Part shown: piece after piece, positions 6,531 through 14,176 of the stretch
How positions within the stretch are numbered: position 1 is the stretch's first letter
Layout: each line of letters opens with the position of its first letter
Assembly: GCA_031425655.1 (NCBI GenBank)
Contig: JANPJS010000005.1
Span: 1-26,403 of the forward strand
DNA length: 26,403 nucleotides
Direction of reading: 5' to 3'
Source of the DNA: Abditibacteriaceae bacterium
Lineage (GTDB): Bacteria > Armatimonadota > Abditibacteriia > Abditibacteriales > Abditibacteriaceae
The notes under the pieces: generated by a model
Seen by the model: only the letters and a program-made list of their open reading frames with translations
The model's database searches: none
What the model was told of the DNA's origin: nothing
Translations under genes and position numbers: made by a program

Positions 6531-8867
6531 ATGTCGCATTTGCCGGTTGGCGCGCGGTTGCGGAACGGGGATTACACGGTCGGTTCGGTTTTGGCGCGGG
6601 GCGGCTTTGGCATCGTGTATAACGGGAGCGACACCAATCTGCAAAGCCGCGTGGCGATCAAGGAGTTCTTTCCGCAGGGCGCGACGCGGCAAAGCTCGTG
6701 TGTGACGCCGGGTTTGGTGCCCGACGATGCTTTCGCCAAAATGCGCGCTAAATTTCAACAGGAAGCGCAAGCGTTGGCGCGCTTCGATCATCGCGGCATT
6801 GTGCGGGTTCACACCAGCTTCGCGGAAAACGACACGGTTTACGCAGTGATGGCGTTTTTGGAAGGGCCGACGCTGGAAGGTTTGGTTGAAAAGCGCGGCG
6901 CGTTGCCGGAGGGCGAGGCTCTGGGATACATTGAGCAAATCGGCGCGGCGCTGGAAGTGGTGCATGACGCGGGCTTGATTCACCGCGACATCAATCCGAG
7001 CAATGTTATGCTGCACGCCGATGGGCGCGCCGTGCTAATTGATTTCGGCCTCAATCAGGAATTAGAAGAAATTGGTCTTTATGGCACGCGGCGGCTGAGC
7101 GGCACGATGGCGCTGGGAACGCCGGGCTATGCGCCGCCGGAACAGCACAAATCGAAACGCGAAACGGGTGTGTTCACCGACATTTATGCCGTGGGCGCCA
7201 CGCTGTTTTTCCTGCTCACCGGCCAAGCGCCACAGGAGGTTCTATATCGCTATCACGAGGATGAAACGCTTGCTCGCCTTCAACAGGCCCGCGTCAGCCA
7301 CGCAGTTAGCGATGCGATTTTACAAGCGATGGCGCTGAAAAACGCCGAGCGTCCGCAGAGTGTCGCGGCGTTTTTAGCGGCGCTGCATCGTCCCAGCAGA
7401 CTGTCAGCAGTGGTTCAGCAGCCAGTAATTCAGCCACAGGAGCCACCACCGTCAGTGCGTCTGTCTGCAACCGGGACAGGCATTTATGAGTGGGTAAATC
7501 CCAAAGATGGCGCGACGATGGTCTACGTCCCAGCAGGCGAATTTTTGATGGGAAGCAACGACTGTGCCGATGCGATCCCACAACACCGGGTCTATTTGGA
7601 CGGCTACTGGATTTACAAAACACCTGTAACAGTGGCGCAGTATCGTCAATATTGTCAGGCAACGCGACGGGTGCTGCAAAAAATGCCAAAGGCGCCGCGC
7701 TGGGGTTGGATAGATGACCACCCAATGGTGCATATTAGTTGGCACGACGCACAGGCGTATTGCACATGGGCGGGCGTTCGCCTTCCGAGTGAAACGGAGT
7801 GGGAAAAGGCAGCGCGCGGCACTGACGGCCGCAAGTATCCGTGGGGCAACGTGTGGGACACGAATCGCCTTTGCTGTTCAAAAATGAAACCGGGTGATGC
7901 AGGCAGCACATCACCGGTGGGGAACTATCCCTCTGGGGCGAGTCCCTATGGTTGCTTGGACATGGCGGGCAATGTTTGGGAGTGGTGCGAGGACCAAGTA
8001 GATGATGACCGCTGGCGCGCATCACGCGGAGGTTCTTGGTTTTACTATAGTCCTGACGGTGTGGTAGTTCAGGGCGCGCTTTCGCCGAGCATCCGCTACA
8101 TTACCACTAGTAACTACGGTTTTCGGTGTGCCGCAGGCCACAGTGCCACATCACCAAATGTGCCGGAGACAGCCGGAATTCCGCGCCCGACAATCCAAGC
8201 TCAACCGATTCAAACGAAAATCAACGCCAAAGATGGTGCAATGATGGTTTACATTCCGGCAGGCAATTTTTTGATGGGAAACGACAATCGGCAGGTAAAC
8301 GTGAGCGATTACTGGATATACAAAACGCCGGTCACCGTGGCGCAGTATCGCAAATTCTGCGGCGCAACTCGGCGGACGATGCCGGATGCGCCGGGTTGGA
8401 ATTGGATAGATGACCACCCAGTGGTGCATATAAGTTGGCACGACGCACAGGCATATTGCACATGGGCGGGCGTTCGCCTTCCGAGTGAAACGGAGTGGGA
8501 AAAGGCGGCGCGTGGCACGAATGGGAGGGAGTATCCGTGGGGGGATGAGTGGGACGCGGATCGTCTTCGCTGCTCGAAGGTGGAACCGGGTGATGCCGGG
8601 GGAACGTCGCCGGTGGGAATTTATCCCTCTGGGGAGAGTCCTTACGGTTGCTTGGACATGGCGGGTAACGTTTGGGAGTGGTGCGAGGACAAATATGCTG
8701 CGGAACACGAATGGCGCGTGTTGCGCGGCGGTTGTTGGACTAATGCTGATCCTCAACATCTACGCACGGCCTTTCGTCTCAATTTTCCGCCGGACGACCT
8801 CGAAAGTGGCCTCGATTTTCGTGGTGGAGCTGGTCCCTATGGTTTTCGTTGCGCCGCAGGCCCGTAG
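6531..8867 (+). CDS. Hanks-type Ser/Thr kinase fused to two tandem FGE-sulfatase (SUMF1 / C-type-lectin fold) domains
   Basis: LARGGFGIVY, VAIKEF, HRDINPSN, DFG, GTPGYAPPE, DIYAVG; twice RLPSETEWEKAARG..YPWG..SPYGCLDMAGNVWEWC..RGG.W..GFRC; RBS aagga; no obvious TM segment. Confidence 0.93.
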   Translation: MSHLPVGARLRNGDYTVGSVLARGGFGIVYNGSDTNLQSRVAIKEFFPQGATRQSSCVTPGLVPDDAFAKMRAKFQQEAQALARFDHRGIVRVHTSFAENDTVYAVMAFLEGPTLEGLVEKRGALPEGEALGYIEQIGAALEVVHDAGLIHRDINPSNVMLHADGRAVLIDFGLNQELEEIGLYGTRRLSGTMALGTPGYAPPEQHKSKRETGVFTDIYAVGATLFFLLTGQAPQEVLYRYHEDETLARLQQARVSHAVSDAILQAMALKNAERPQSVAAFLAALHRPSRLSAVVQQPVIQPQEPPPSVRLSATGTGIYEWVNPKDGATMVYVPAGEFLMGSNDCADAIPQHRVYLDGYWIYKTPVTVAQYRQYCQATRRVLQKMPKAPRWGWIDDHPMVHISWHDAQAYCTWAGVRLPSETEWEKAARGTDGRKYPWGNVWDTNRLCCSKMKPGDAGSTSPVGNYPSGASPYGCLDMAGNVWEWCEDQVDDDRWRASRGGSWFYYSPDGVVVQGALSPSIRYITTSNYGFRCAAGHSATSPNVPETAGIPRPTIQAQPIQTKINAKDGAMMVYIPAGNFLMGNDNRQVNVSDYWIYKTPVTVAQYRKFCGATRRTMPDAPGWNWIDDHPVVHISWHDAQAYCTWAGVRLPSETEWEKAARGTNGREYPWGDEWDADRLRCSKVEPGDAGGTSPVGIYPSGESPYGCLDMAGNVWEWCEDKYAAEHEWRVLRGGCWTNADPQHLRTAFRLNFPPDDLESGLDFRGGAGPYGFRCAAGP
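7706..8506 (+). repeat. Intragenic direct repeat between the two FGE domains
   Basis: 7706-7810 vs 8402-8506 match at 102/105 nt by manual comparison; flanks are similar but more diverged. Confidence 0.9.
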
Positions 8868-8943
8868 GCCCTTGCTGTTTAGTTGTTTTGGTTTTAGAAA
8901 AACTCCGGGCGATCAGAGTCGCCGCAAAAATTAGTGCCGATTC

Positions 8944-10032
8944 ATGCAACTTTTAGGACTTTCAACATCCGAACTCGAAGCCGCCTTGCGCGAAATGGGC
9001 GAAAGCGCCTTTCGCGGACGGCAGGTCGCCGAATGGCTTTATCAACGCGGCGCGACTTGGTTCGACGAAATGACGAATCTGTCGCGCGACTTACAATCGC
9101 GTTTGGCGGCGCAGCACGAAGTGCGCTTTCCCGAAATCGCGGCGCGCCACGATTCGCGCGACGGCAGCACCAAACTGCTGCTCAAAATGGCCGACGGCGA
9201 GCGCATCGAAACCGTGCGTCTGCCCTACCCCGACCGCCTCAGCGTGTGCGTTTCCTCGCAAGCCGGCTGCGCGATGGCCTGCGTTTTTTGCGCCACCGGC
9301 TTGGGCGGCTTCCGTCGCAATTTATCGGCGGCTGAGATTATTTCACAACCACTTTTGGCAATGACGAATGACGAGTTACGAGTGACGAGTCAGGATGCTC
9401 ACTCGTCACTCGTCACTCGTCACTCGTCACTGGCCCCGACTCACATCGTTTTCATGGGCATGGGCGAACCTCTGCTCAACTTCGCCAACGTGCTGAAATC
9501 CATTTACTTGATGCACGACGAAATGGGTATTCCGATGCGAAACATCACGGTTTCAACCGTCGGAATTTTGCCGGGCATCGAAAAATTGGCGGCGGAAAAG
9601 CTGCAACTCACTCTTGCGGTTTCGCTGCACGCGCCCTTCGATGAGTTGCGTCATCGTTTGATTCCAACTTCGACCAAAACCAGCGTCGCCGACATCGTGG
9701 GCGCCTCGCGGCATTACGCGCGGCACACAGGCCGGCGCGTGACCTTTGAATATGTGCTGCTCGGCGGTGTCAACGATCAACTACAACACGCGCGGCGGCT
9801 GGCGAAATTGTGCGCCGGCTGGCCGTGCCATGTCAACGTGATTCCCTGGAATCCTGTGCCCGGCGCTACGTTTGAAGGCCAGATTTTCGATGCGCCAACG
9901 ACGGAAAACGTGCGCCAGTTTCGCGGCACGCTTGAAGCTGCTGGCATCGCCGTGACGCAGCGCGTGCAGCGCGGTGCCGATGTCGCGGCGGCCTGCGGAC
10001 AGTTGCGGGCGGAGAACGCAGCACGGCCATAA
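8944..10032 (+). CDS. rlmN: 23S rRNA A2503 / tRNA A37 C2-methyltransferase RlmN (radical SAM)
   Basis: FRGRQVAEWLY, SRDGSTKLL, CVSSQAGCAMACVFCATG (CxxxCxxC), FMGMGEP, SLHA, AACGQL. Confidence 0.95.
   Translation: MQLLGLSTSELEAALREMGESAFRGRQVAEWLYQRGATWFDEMTNLSRDLQSRLAAQHEVRFPEIAARHDSRDGSTKLLLKMADGERIETVRLPYPDRLSVCVSSQAGCAMACVFCATGLGGFRRNLSAAEIISQPLLAMTNDELRVTSQDAHSSLVTRHSSLAPTHIVFMGMGEPLLNFANVLKSIYLMHDEMGIPMRNITVSTVGILPGIEKLAAEKLQLTLAVSLHAPFDELRHRLIPTSTKTSVADIVGASRHYARHTGRRVTFEYVLLGGVNDQLQHARRLAKLCAGWPCHVNVIPWNPVPGATFEGQIFDAPTTENVRQFRGTLEAAGIAVTQRVQRGADVAAACGQLRAENAARP
9360..9431. repeat. 72-bp palindromic heptamer repeat inserted in frame in rlmN
   Basis: aatgacg aatgacg agttacg agtgacg agt - 10-nt loop - (actcgtc)x4 act. 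Confidence 0.9.
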
Positions 10033-10145
10033 ACGCAGCACGGCCATAAATGGCCGGGCTAAAACACGAAGCCTCTTCGAGGCTGGGCGGCGACTGTCAG
10101 CCTCGGAGAGGCTTCGTGTTTCAGCCCGCTGCTTTAGCGGCGGGT
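10015..10145. repeat. REP doublet-like palindrome between convergent genes, preceded by a 17-bp tandem duplication
   Basis: aacgcagcacggccata at 10015-10031 and 10032-10048; arms 10055-10085/10098-10128 (cgggctaaaacacgaagcctc.../...gaggcttcgtgtttcagcccg); terminal hairpins ggccataaatggcc and cccgctgctttagcggcggg. Confidence 0.85.
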
Positions 10146-11117
10146 GCTGTTTTGCGGCACATTGCGATAAACAACGTGGCAGGAATTACAAGTCGCCGTC
10201 ACTTTTTTCTGTGCGACATCGGCTTTTCGGTTGTCGCCGGCGCGTAACGCGGCCTCTAATTCGACGGCGGCAGTTTCGCCTTGCGATAACCACGCGCGAA
10301 AATCGGCAGGGCGTTTGGCGGTGTTGTTATCGCGCAGTAATTCGCTGTAAATTTCGCGCAGCATGAGCGCTTCGTGCGGTGCGTCGCTGTCGGGATGATC
10401 GGCACGCGCACGCCATTTCGCGTTTTGAGCCGCTTTCAGGCTGTCGTGCAATTCGTCCAATTTCACCATCGTTTGCATTAATGGAGCAGTCGGCGCAATG
10501 GAATGGTATTGGTGCGGCGCTTTTTTCAATTCTTCGGCAGAAGGCGCTCGAAATTGGCGCACCGAATCCCATAATCCTCTGTAATTAGTGCCCGTTCCGG
10601 CGCGTTTGAGAAAAGCGAGCGATTCTGCGCGGTTCCAACCTTCAAGCGCGATCATCGCACACGCTGCTGCGACCGGGCCGCGATGCTGGCCGTGATGACA
10701 ATGCAGGTAAATCGGCCCCGGCAAATCGCGCACGGCCCGCGCGATGAAAACGGCCTGTTCGCGCGGCAAATTGCTGTAGCCAAAGGGAATTTGCACATAA
10801 CGCAAGCCGTATTTCCGGGCGGTTTTCACGTCGGGCCGCGCGCCGTCAACCGTAATGATGGTTTTCACGCCCAGCGCCTTTAATGCTTTAAACGCGGCCT
10901 CACCTTCGGGCTGCGAACCGCTGATGAGTTTCGCGCTAAGACGAAACACATTGTGCGTGCCGGGAATTTTCAGCGGCGTGACGCGCGGCGGCGGTTGGCT
11001 CTTTACAATCGTAGGCGGCAACACGGAGGGCGTCGTATCCGACACGGAAATCATCGTCAGACCACACAAGGCCGCGCCGACGTGGATTACCGCGGGGTTC
11101 CATCGAATAAACTGCAT
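10134..11117 (-). CDS. Probably exported PTP/DSP-fold (DUF442-like) domain fused to a cytochrome c'-like helical domain
   Basis: Hydrophobic N-terminus; SGSQPEG..LGVKTIITVDG; P-loop IYLHCHHGQHRG (CX5R); C-terminal heme motif ATCNSCHVVYR. Confidence 0.75.
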   Translation of the reverse strand: MQFIRWNPAVIHVGAALCGLTMISVSDTTPSVLPPTIVKSQPPPRVTPLKIPGTHNVFRLSAKLISGSQPEGEAAFKALKALGVKTIITVDGARPDVKTARKYGLRYVQIPFGYSNLPREQAVFIARAVRDLPGPIYLHCHHGQHRGPVAAACAMIALEGWNRAESLAFLKRAGTGTNYRGLWDSVRQFRAPSAEELKKAPHQYHSIAPTAPLMQTMVKLDELHDSLKAAQNAKWRARADHPDSDAPHEALMLREIYSELLRDNNTAKRPADFRAWLSQGETAAVELEAALRAGDNRKADVAQKKVTATCNSCHVVYRNVPQNSTRR

Positions 11118-11188
11118 TTCTCTTCACAACGCGGTAATCGCGCAAATCGCATCGCAGTATGGCGTATTTTTTGTGCGCAAATGAGCCT

Positions 11189-11464
11189 CGTGCGTTGCGC
11201 TACTTTGGGCCGCGTCCGCTTATCGAAGACAACAGCGTGCGCTCATCCTCGACTTTTCTGATGAACGCGCAAATCGGTTATCACTTGAAAAATAATATGC
11301 GCGTGTCGCTTGATTTATTCAATTTGCTGAATGCCAAAGTCAGCGATATTGACTATTATTATTTGTCGCGTCTGTCGGGCGAACCTGCCAGCAGCGTCAA
11401 TGACATTCATTTTCGTCCTTCGGAATCGCGCTCGCTGCGTTTGACGCTTTCGCGCGATTTTTAA
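11189..11464 (+). pseudogene. 3' remnant of a TonB-dependent outer-membrane receptor
   Basis: LRYFGPRPLIEDNSVRS...NAQIGY...LDLFNLLN..SDIDYYY.SRL..EP...DIHFRPSESRSLRLTLSRDF with terminal Phe; only about 90 aa, no plug or signal peptide; abuts tonB-like gene. Confidence 0.8.
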
Positions 11465-11468
11465 TTTT

Positions 11469-12701
11469 ATGACGCATCCGTTGAAAGCCCGCGCAGCAAC
11501 GCGGCGATGCCTGATTCAGGCCGTCGCCGTGTCGTTGTTGCTGCACCTTGTCGTTATCGGCGCGGCCAGCCGCTTCGCGCCTCCACCGGCAGAGCGCGGC
11601 GAGGATTTCACAATTACGCTGGATATTCTCAAAGCACGGCCTCGGATGCGGCCTCCGGCGCCGCCAAAACCTCGCGTGGCACGCTTGAATCCGCCGCGAC
11701 GCCCAAACCGCCGTCAGCAACGCCCAACTGCGCCATTGCGCCGATTGCCGAATCTGAAAAACCGTCAAGCTCGCCTGAATCCTGTGCCGGACTCCGATTC
11801 GCCACGCCTTAATTTGCATAAGCCATCCGAAAATCGGCCTCAACCTGCTCCACGATTAAATCGGCGTTCGCGCAGTGATGACCGGCGTTCGCGCGCCGAC
11901 GAAGCGATTCTGCCTCAAAGCGGGATGGCAACGCCGCGCAGCGGACGCGCGGCGCGAAATCGCAAATCTGACGCGATGCAACTGACCCTGAATCCCGGCA
12001 GTAATTTTCATCTTGATAATAGCAATCAAGGCCCGTCCAGCCCGACACCGCCAAGCGGAGCCGGAATTGGCAGCGCCCGGCGTGGCAGCGATGCAACCGC
12101 GAACGATTCCAATTTAGCAGCTACTAATCCCAGCGGGCGGATGGCTGCGGCGTTTCCTCACAGTGGAAGCGCGCGGCGCGCTGTGAATAACGCGCCGGAC
12201 ACCGCCGACGCGAGCGATGAACCCAAGCCCGACGAAAGCTCTCGTCCCGGCTCATCACGCCGTTCGGGGCGTCGGCGCGATGAAAACGAACGAGAAAACA
12301 GCGCGCCTTTGCCAACCCCACCCGCAAGCGGGTTCCCGACGCCGGAGCCGACACCCGCGCCAAGACCAACCTCAACGCCCGCACCGAAGCCAGTAGAATT
12401 TCGAGAAAGGCCTGAACCGAAAGCACCCGACGTTTTTCGCCGCGCGCGACCGCGCTTCACGCCCTCACCTGATTATCCCGCCGAGGAAAATCACGAGGGG
12501 AAGACAACGCTACGTCTCTCGATAAACGCGAAGGGCGATGTAGTCGAGGCAGAAATTGTAACCCGTTCCGGCTCACCCGTTCTGGATGCCAAAGGTGCGC
12601 GCGACGTGAAGAGATATTGGAAATACTACCCCGCTCAACGCGGTGAGACAGCAGTCGCTTCGTCAGTCAATGCCATCGTGCATTGGAGGGTAGGAAATTA
12701 G
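11469..12701 (+). CDS. TonB-family energy transducer
   Basis: TM anchor AVAVSLLLHLVVIG (SxxxH), long Pro/Arg/Ser linker, TonB_C: PDYP..EGKTTLRLSINAKGDV...RSGSPVLD...WKYYPA. Confidence 0.85.
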   Translation: MTHPLKARAATRRCLIQAVAVSLLLHLVVIGAASRFAPPPAERGEDFTITLDILKARPRMRPPAPPKPRVARLNPPRRPNRRQQRPTAPLRRLPNLKNRQARLNPVPDSDSPRLNLHKPSENRPQPAPRLNRRSRSDDRRSRADEAILPQSGMATPRSGRAARNRKSDAMQLTLNPGSNFHLDNSNQGPSSPTPPSGAGIGSARRGSDATANDSNLAATNPSGRMAAAFPHSGSARRAVNNAPDTADASDEPKPDESSRPGSSRRSGRRRDENERENSAPLPTPPASGFPTPEPTPAPRPTSTPAPKPVEFRERPEPKAPDVFRRARPRFTPSPDYPAEENHEGKTTLRLSINAKGDVVEAEIVTRSGSPVLDAKGARDVKRYWKYYPAQRGETAVASSVNAIVHWRVGN

Positions 12702-12702
12702 A

Positions 12703-13143
12703 ATGTTTACCGACTTGAAGACTTTACCCATCGCCGCCGAAGAAACGCTGCCGCTTCGCTTGGCCGTTTTGCGTCCCGGTTTGCCGCGCGAATCGGCAAT
12801 TTTCGCCGAAGATAGCCGCGCCGTGCATTTCGGCGCGTTTTCAGAGAGTGTCTTGGTCGGAATCGCCTCGCTGCATCAGGAAAATCTGCCCAACGAAGCC
12901 CGAATCGGCTGGCGTCTGCGCGGCATGGCAAGCGCAGAAAACACGCAGCGACAAGGCATCGGCAGTGCTGTTTTACGCGCTTGCGAAAATTACGTGGTGG
13001 CGCGCGGTGGAACCGTTTTGTGGTGCAACGCGCGAAAAGACGCCGCCGCATTTTATGCGCGAAATGGTTTTACGATTGTGGGCGAAGAATTCGAGATTCC
13101 CACTGCCGGGCCGCACTTTGTAATGTGGAAAGCGCTAACCTAA
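12703..13143 (+). CDS. GNAT-family N-acetyltransferase
   Basis: LRLAVLRPG, WRLRGMA..QRQGIGSAVL, LWCNAR..AAAFYARNGF, GPHFVMWK. Confidence 0.9.
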   Translation: MFTDLKTLPIAAEETLPLRLAVLRPGLPRESAIFAEDSRAVHFGAFSESVLVGIASLHQENLPNEARIGWRLRGMASAENTQRQGIGSAVLRACENYVVARGGTVLWCNARKDAAAFYARNGFTIVGEEFEIPTAGPHFVMWKALT

Positions 13144-13170
13144 TCTATAGCCGCAAACAGGTGACTCCGA

Positions 13171-14097
13171 ATGAACGAAAACTCCGCAACAATTCCCGAA
13201 CTGACCGTTGAAGTATTGAAAACGTTGCCCCTACCCGATTACGGCACCGAGGCCGACAAATCCACGCGCGGCAAGCTGCTTTTGGTGGCTGGCTCGCGGC
13301 GCATTCCCGGCGCGGCGATTTTAGCGGCGCGTGCCGCTTTGCGCTCCGGTTGCGGCACGGTTCGCGTGGCCGCGCCCGAATCCATCGCGTTGCACATCGG
13401 CATCGCCATGCCCGAACTGATGATTTTGCCGCTGCCCGAAAACAACGGCAACATTTCACCCGAAGCCTTGCCAATTCTCGAAGCGCAATTCGACGTCTGC
13501 GATGCCGCGATTATCGGCCCCGGCTTCGACGAAGATGAGCAAAGCGACGACTTTGCGCGCCAGTTCATCGCGCGTTGCCCGCTGCCGCTTTTAGTGGACG
13601 CACAGGCTTTGTGTGCTCTGGGAAAAACGAAAGTAAAGACTTCATCGCCGCAAATTTTTACGCCGCACGACGGCGAATTCGCGGCTTTAACAGGCGCTTC
13701 GCCCGGCGACGACCGCGCTACCATCGCGCGTGATTTAGCCAAAGCGCGCAACGCAATCGTGGCTTTCAAGGGCCGTGAAACCCATATCGCAGCGCCCGAC
13801 GGCACGGTTTATCGCAATACGGCGGGTTCGCGCGCTCTGGGCACAGCAGGCAGCGGCGACGCGCTTTCCGGCATCATCGGCAGCCTGCTGGCGCAGGGCA
13901 TGGATGCCTTCGCCGCAACACTTTGGGGCGTTCACCTGCACGCCTTAGCCGGAGAAGCCTTAGCCGAAGACCTCGGCCCCGACGGTGTTCTCGCACGCGA
14001 TTTTATAGATCGCCTGCCGCAAGTGATTCGTTATCTCCGCAAGCAAAGCGGCGGCTCTTCCAGCGCTCGGCGCGTTGGCTTAAGGCCGGCAGAATAG
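13171..14097 (+). CDS. nnrD: ADP-dependent (S)-NAD(P)H-hydrate dehydratase (stand-alone YjeF-C domain)
   Basis: KSTRGKLLLVAGS..PGAAILAARAALRSGCG, IGPG, VDAQAL, TPHDGEF, FKG, LGTAGSGDALSG. Confidence 0.9.
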   Translation: MNENSATIPELTVEVLKTLPLPDYGTEADKSTRGKLLLVAGSRRIPGAAILAARAALRSGCGTVRVAAPESIALHIGIAMPELMILPLPENNGNISPEALPILEAQFDVCDAAIIGPGFDEDEQSDDFARQFIARCPLPLLVDAQALCALGKTKVKTSSPQIFTPHDGEFAALTGASPGDDRATIARDLAKARNAIVAFKGRETHIAAPDGTVYRNTAGSRALGTAGSGDALSGIIGSLLAQGMDAFAATLWGVHLHALAGEALAEDLGPDGVLARDFIDRLPQVIRYLRKQSGGSSSARRVGLRPAE

Positions 14098-14135
14098 AAA
14101 AAGTCCCAACGACCATTATCGTTGGGACTTTTTCT
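14096..14135. terminator. Bidirectional intrinsic terminator
   Basis: agaaaaagtcccaacga - ccatta - tcgttgggactttttct, a perfect 17-bp stem between convergent genes. Confidence 0.88.
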
Positions 14136-14176
14136 TTTTCCAAATGCGGCGCAGCAAAAGCGTCGTGTGCGGAGAC

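Noticed and set aside
3108..8867. Canonical TerY-P system call
   Set aside because: vWA is longer than TerY, gene order and orientation differ, and the kinase carries FGE domains; kept only as an analogy
7491..8867. Active formylglycine-generating enzyme
   Set aside because: The catalytic Cys pair of true FGE is absent from the RGGxW region; the domains are better read as binding modules
6531..8940. Complete DGR cassette
   Set aside because: No reverse transcriptase, Avd or AAC-rich template repeat is visible in the window; only target-like features are supported
9360..9432. Intein or intron in rlmN
   Set aside because: Only 24 codons, no intein terminal motifs, and fully explained by a palindromic repeat
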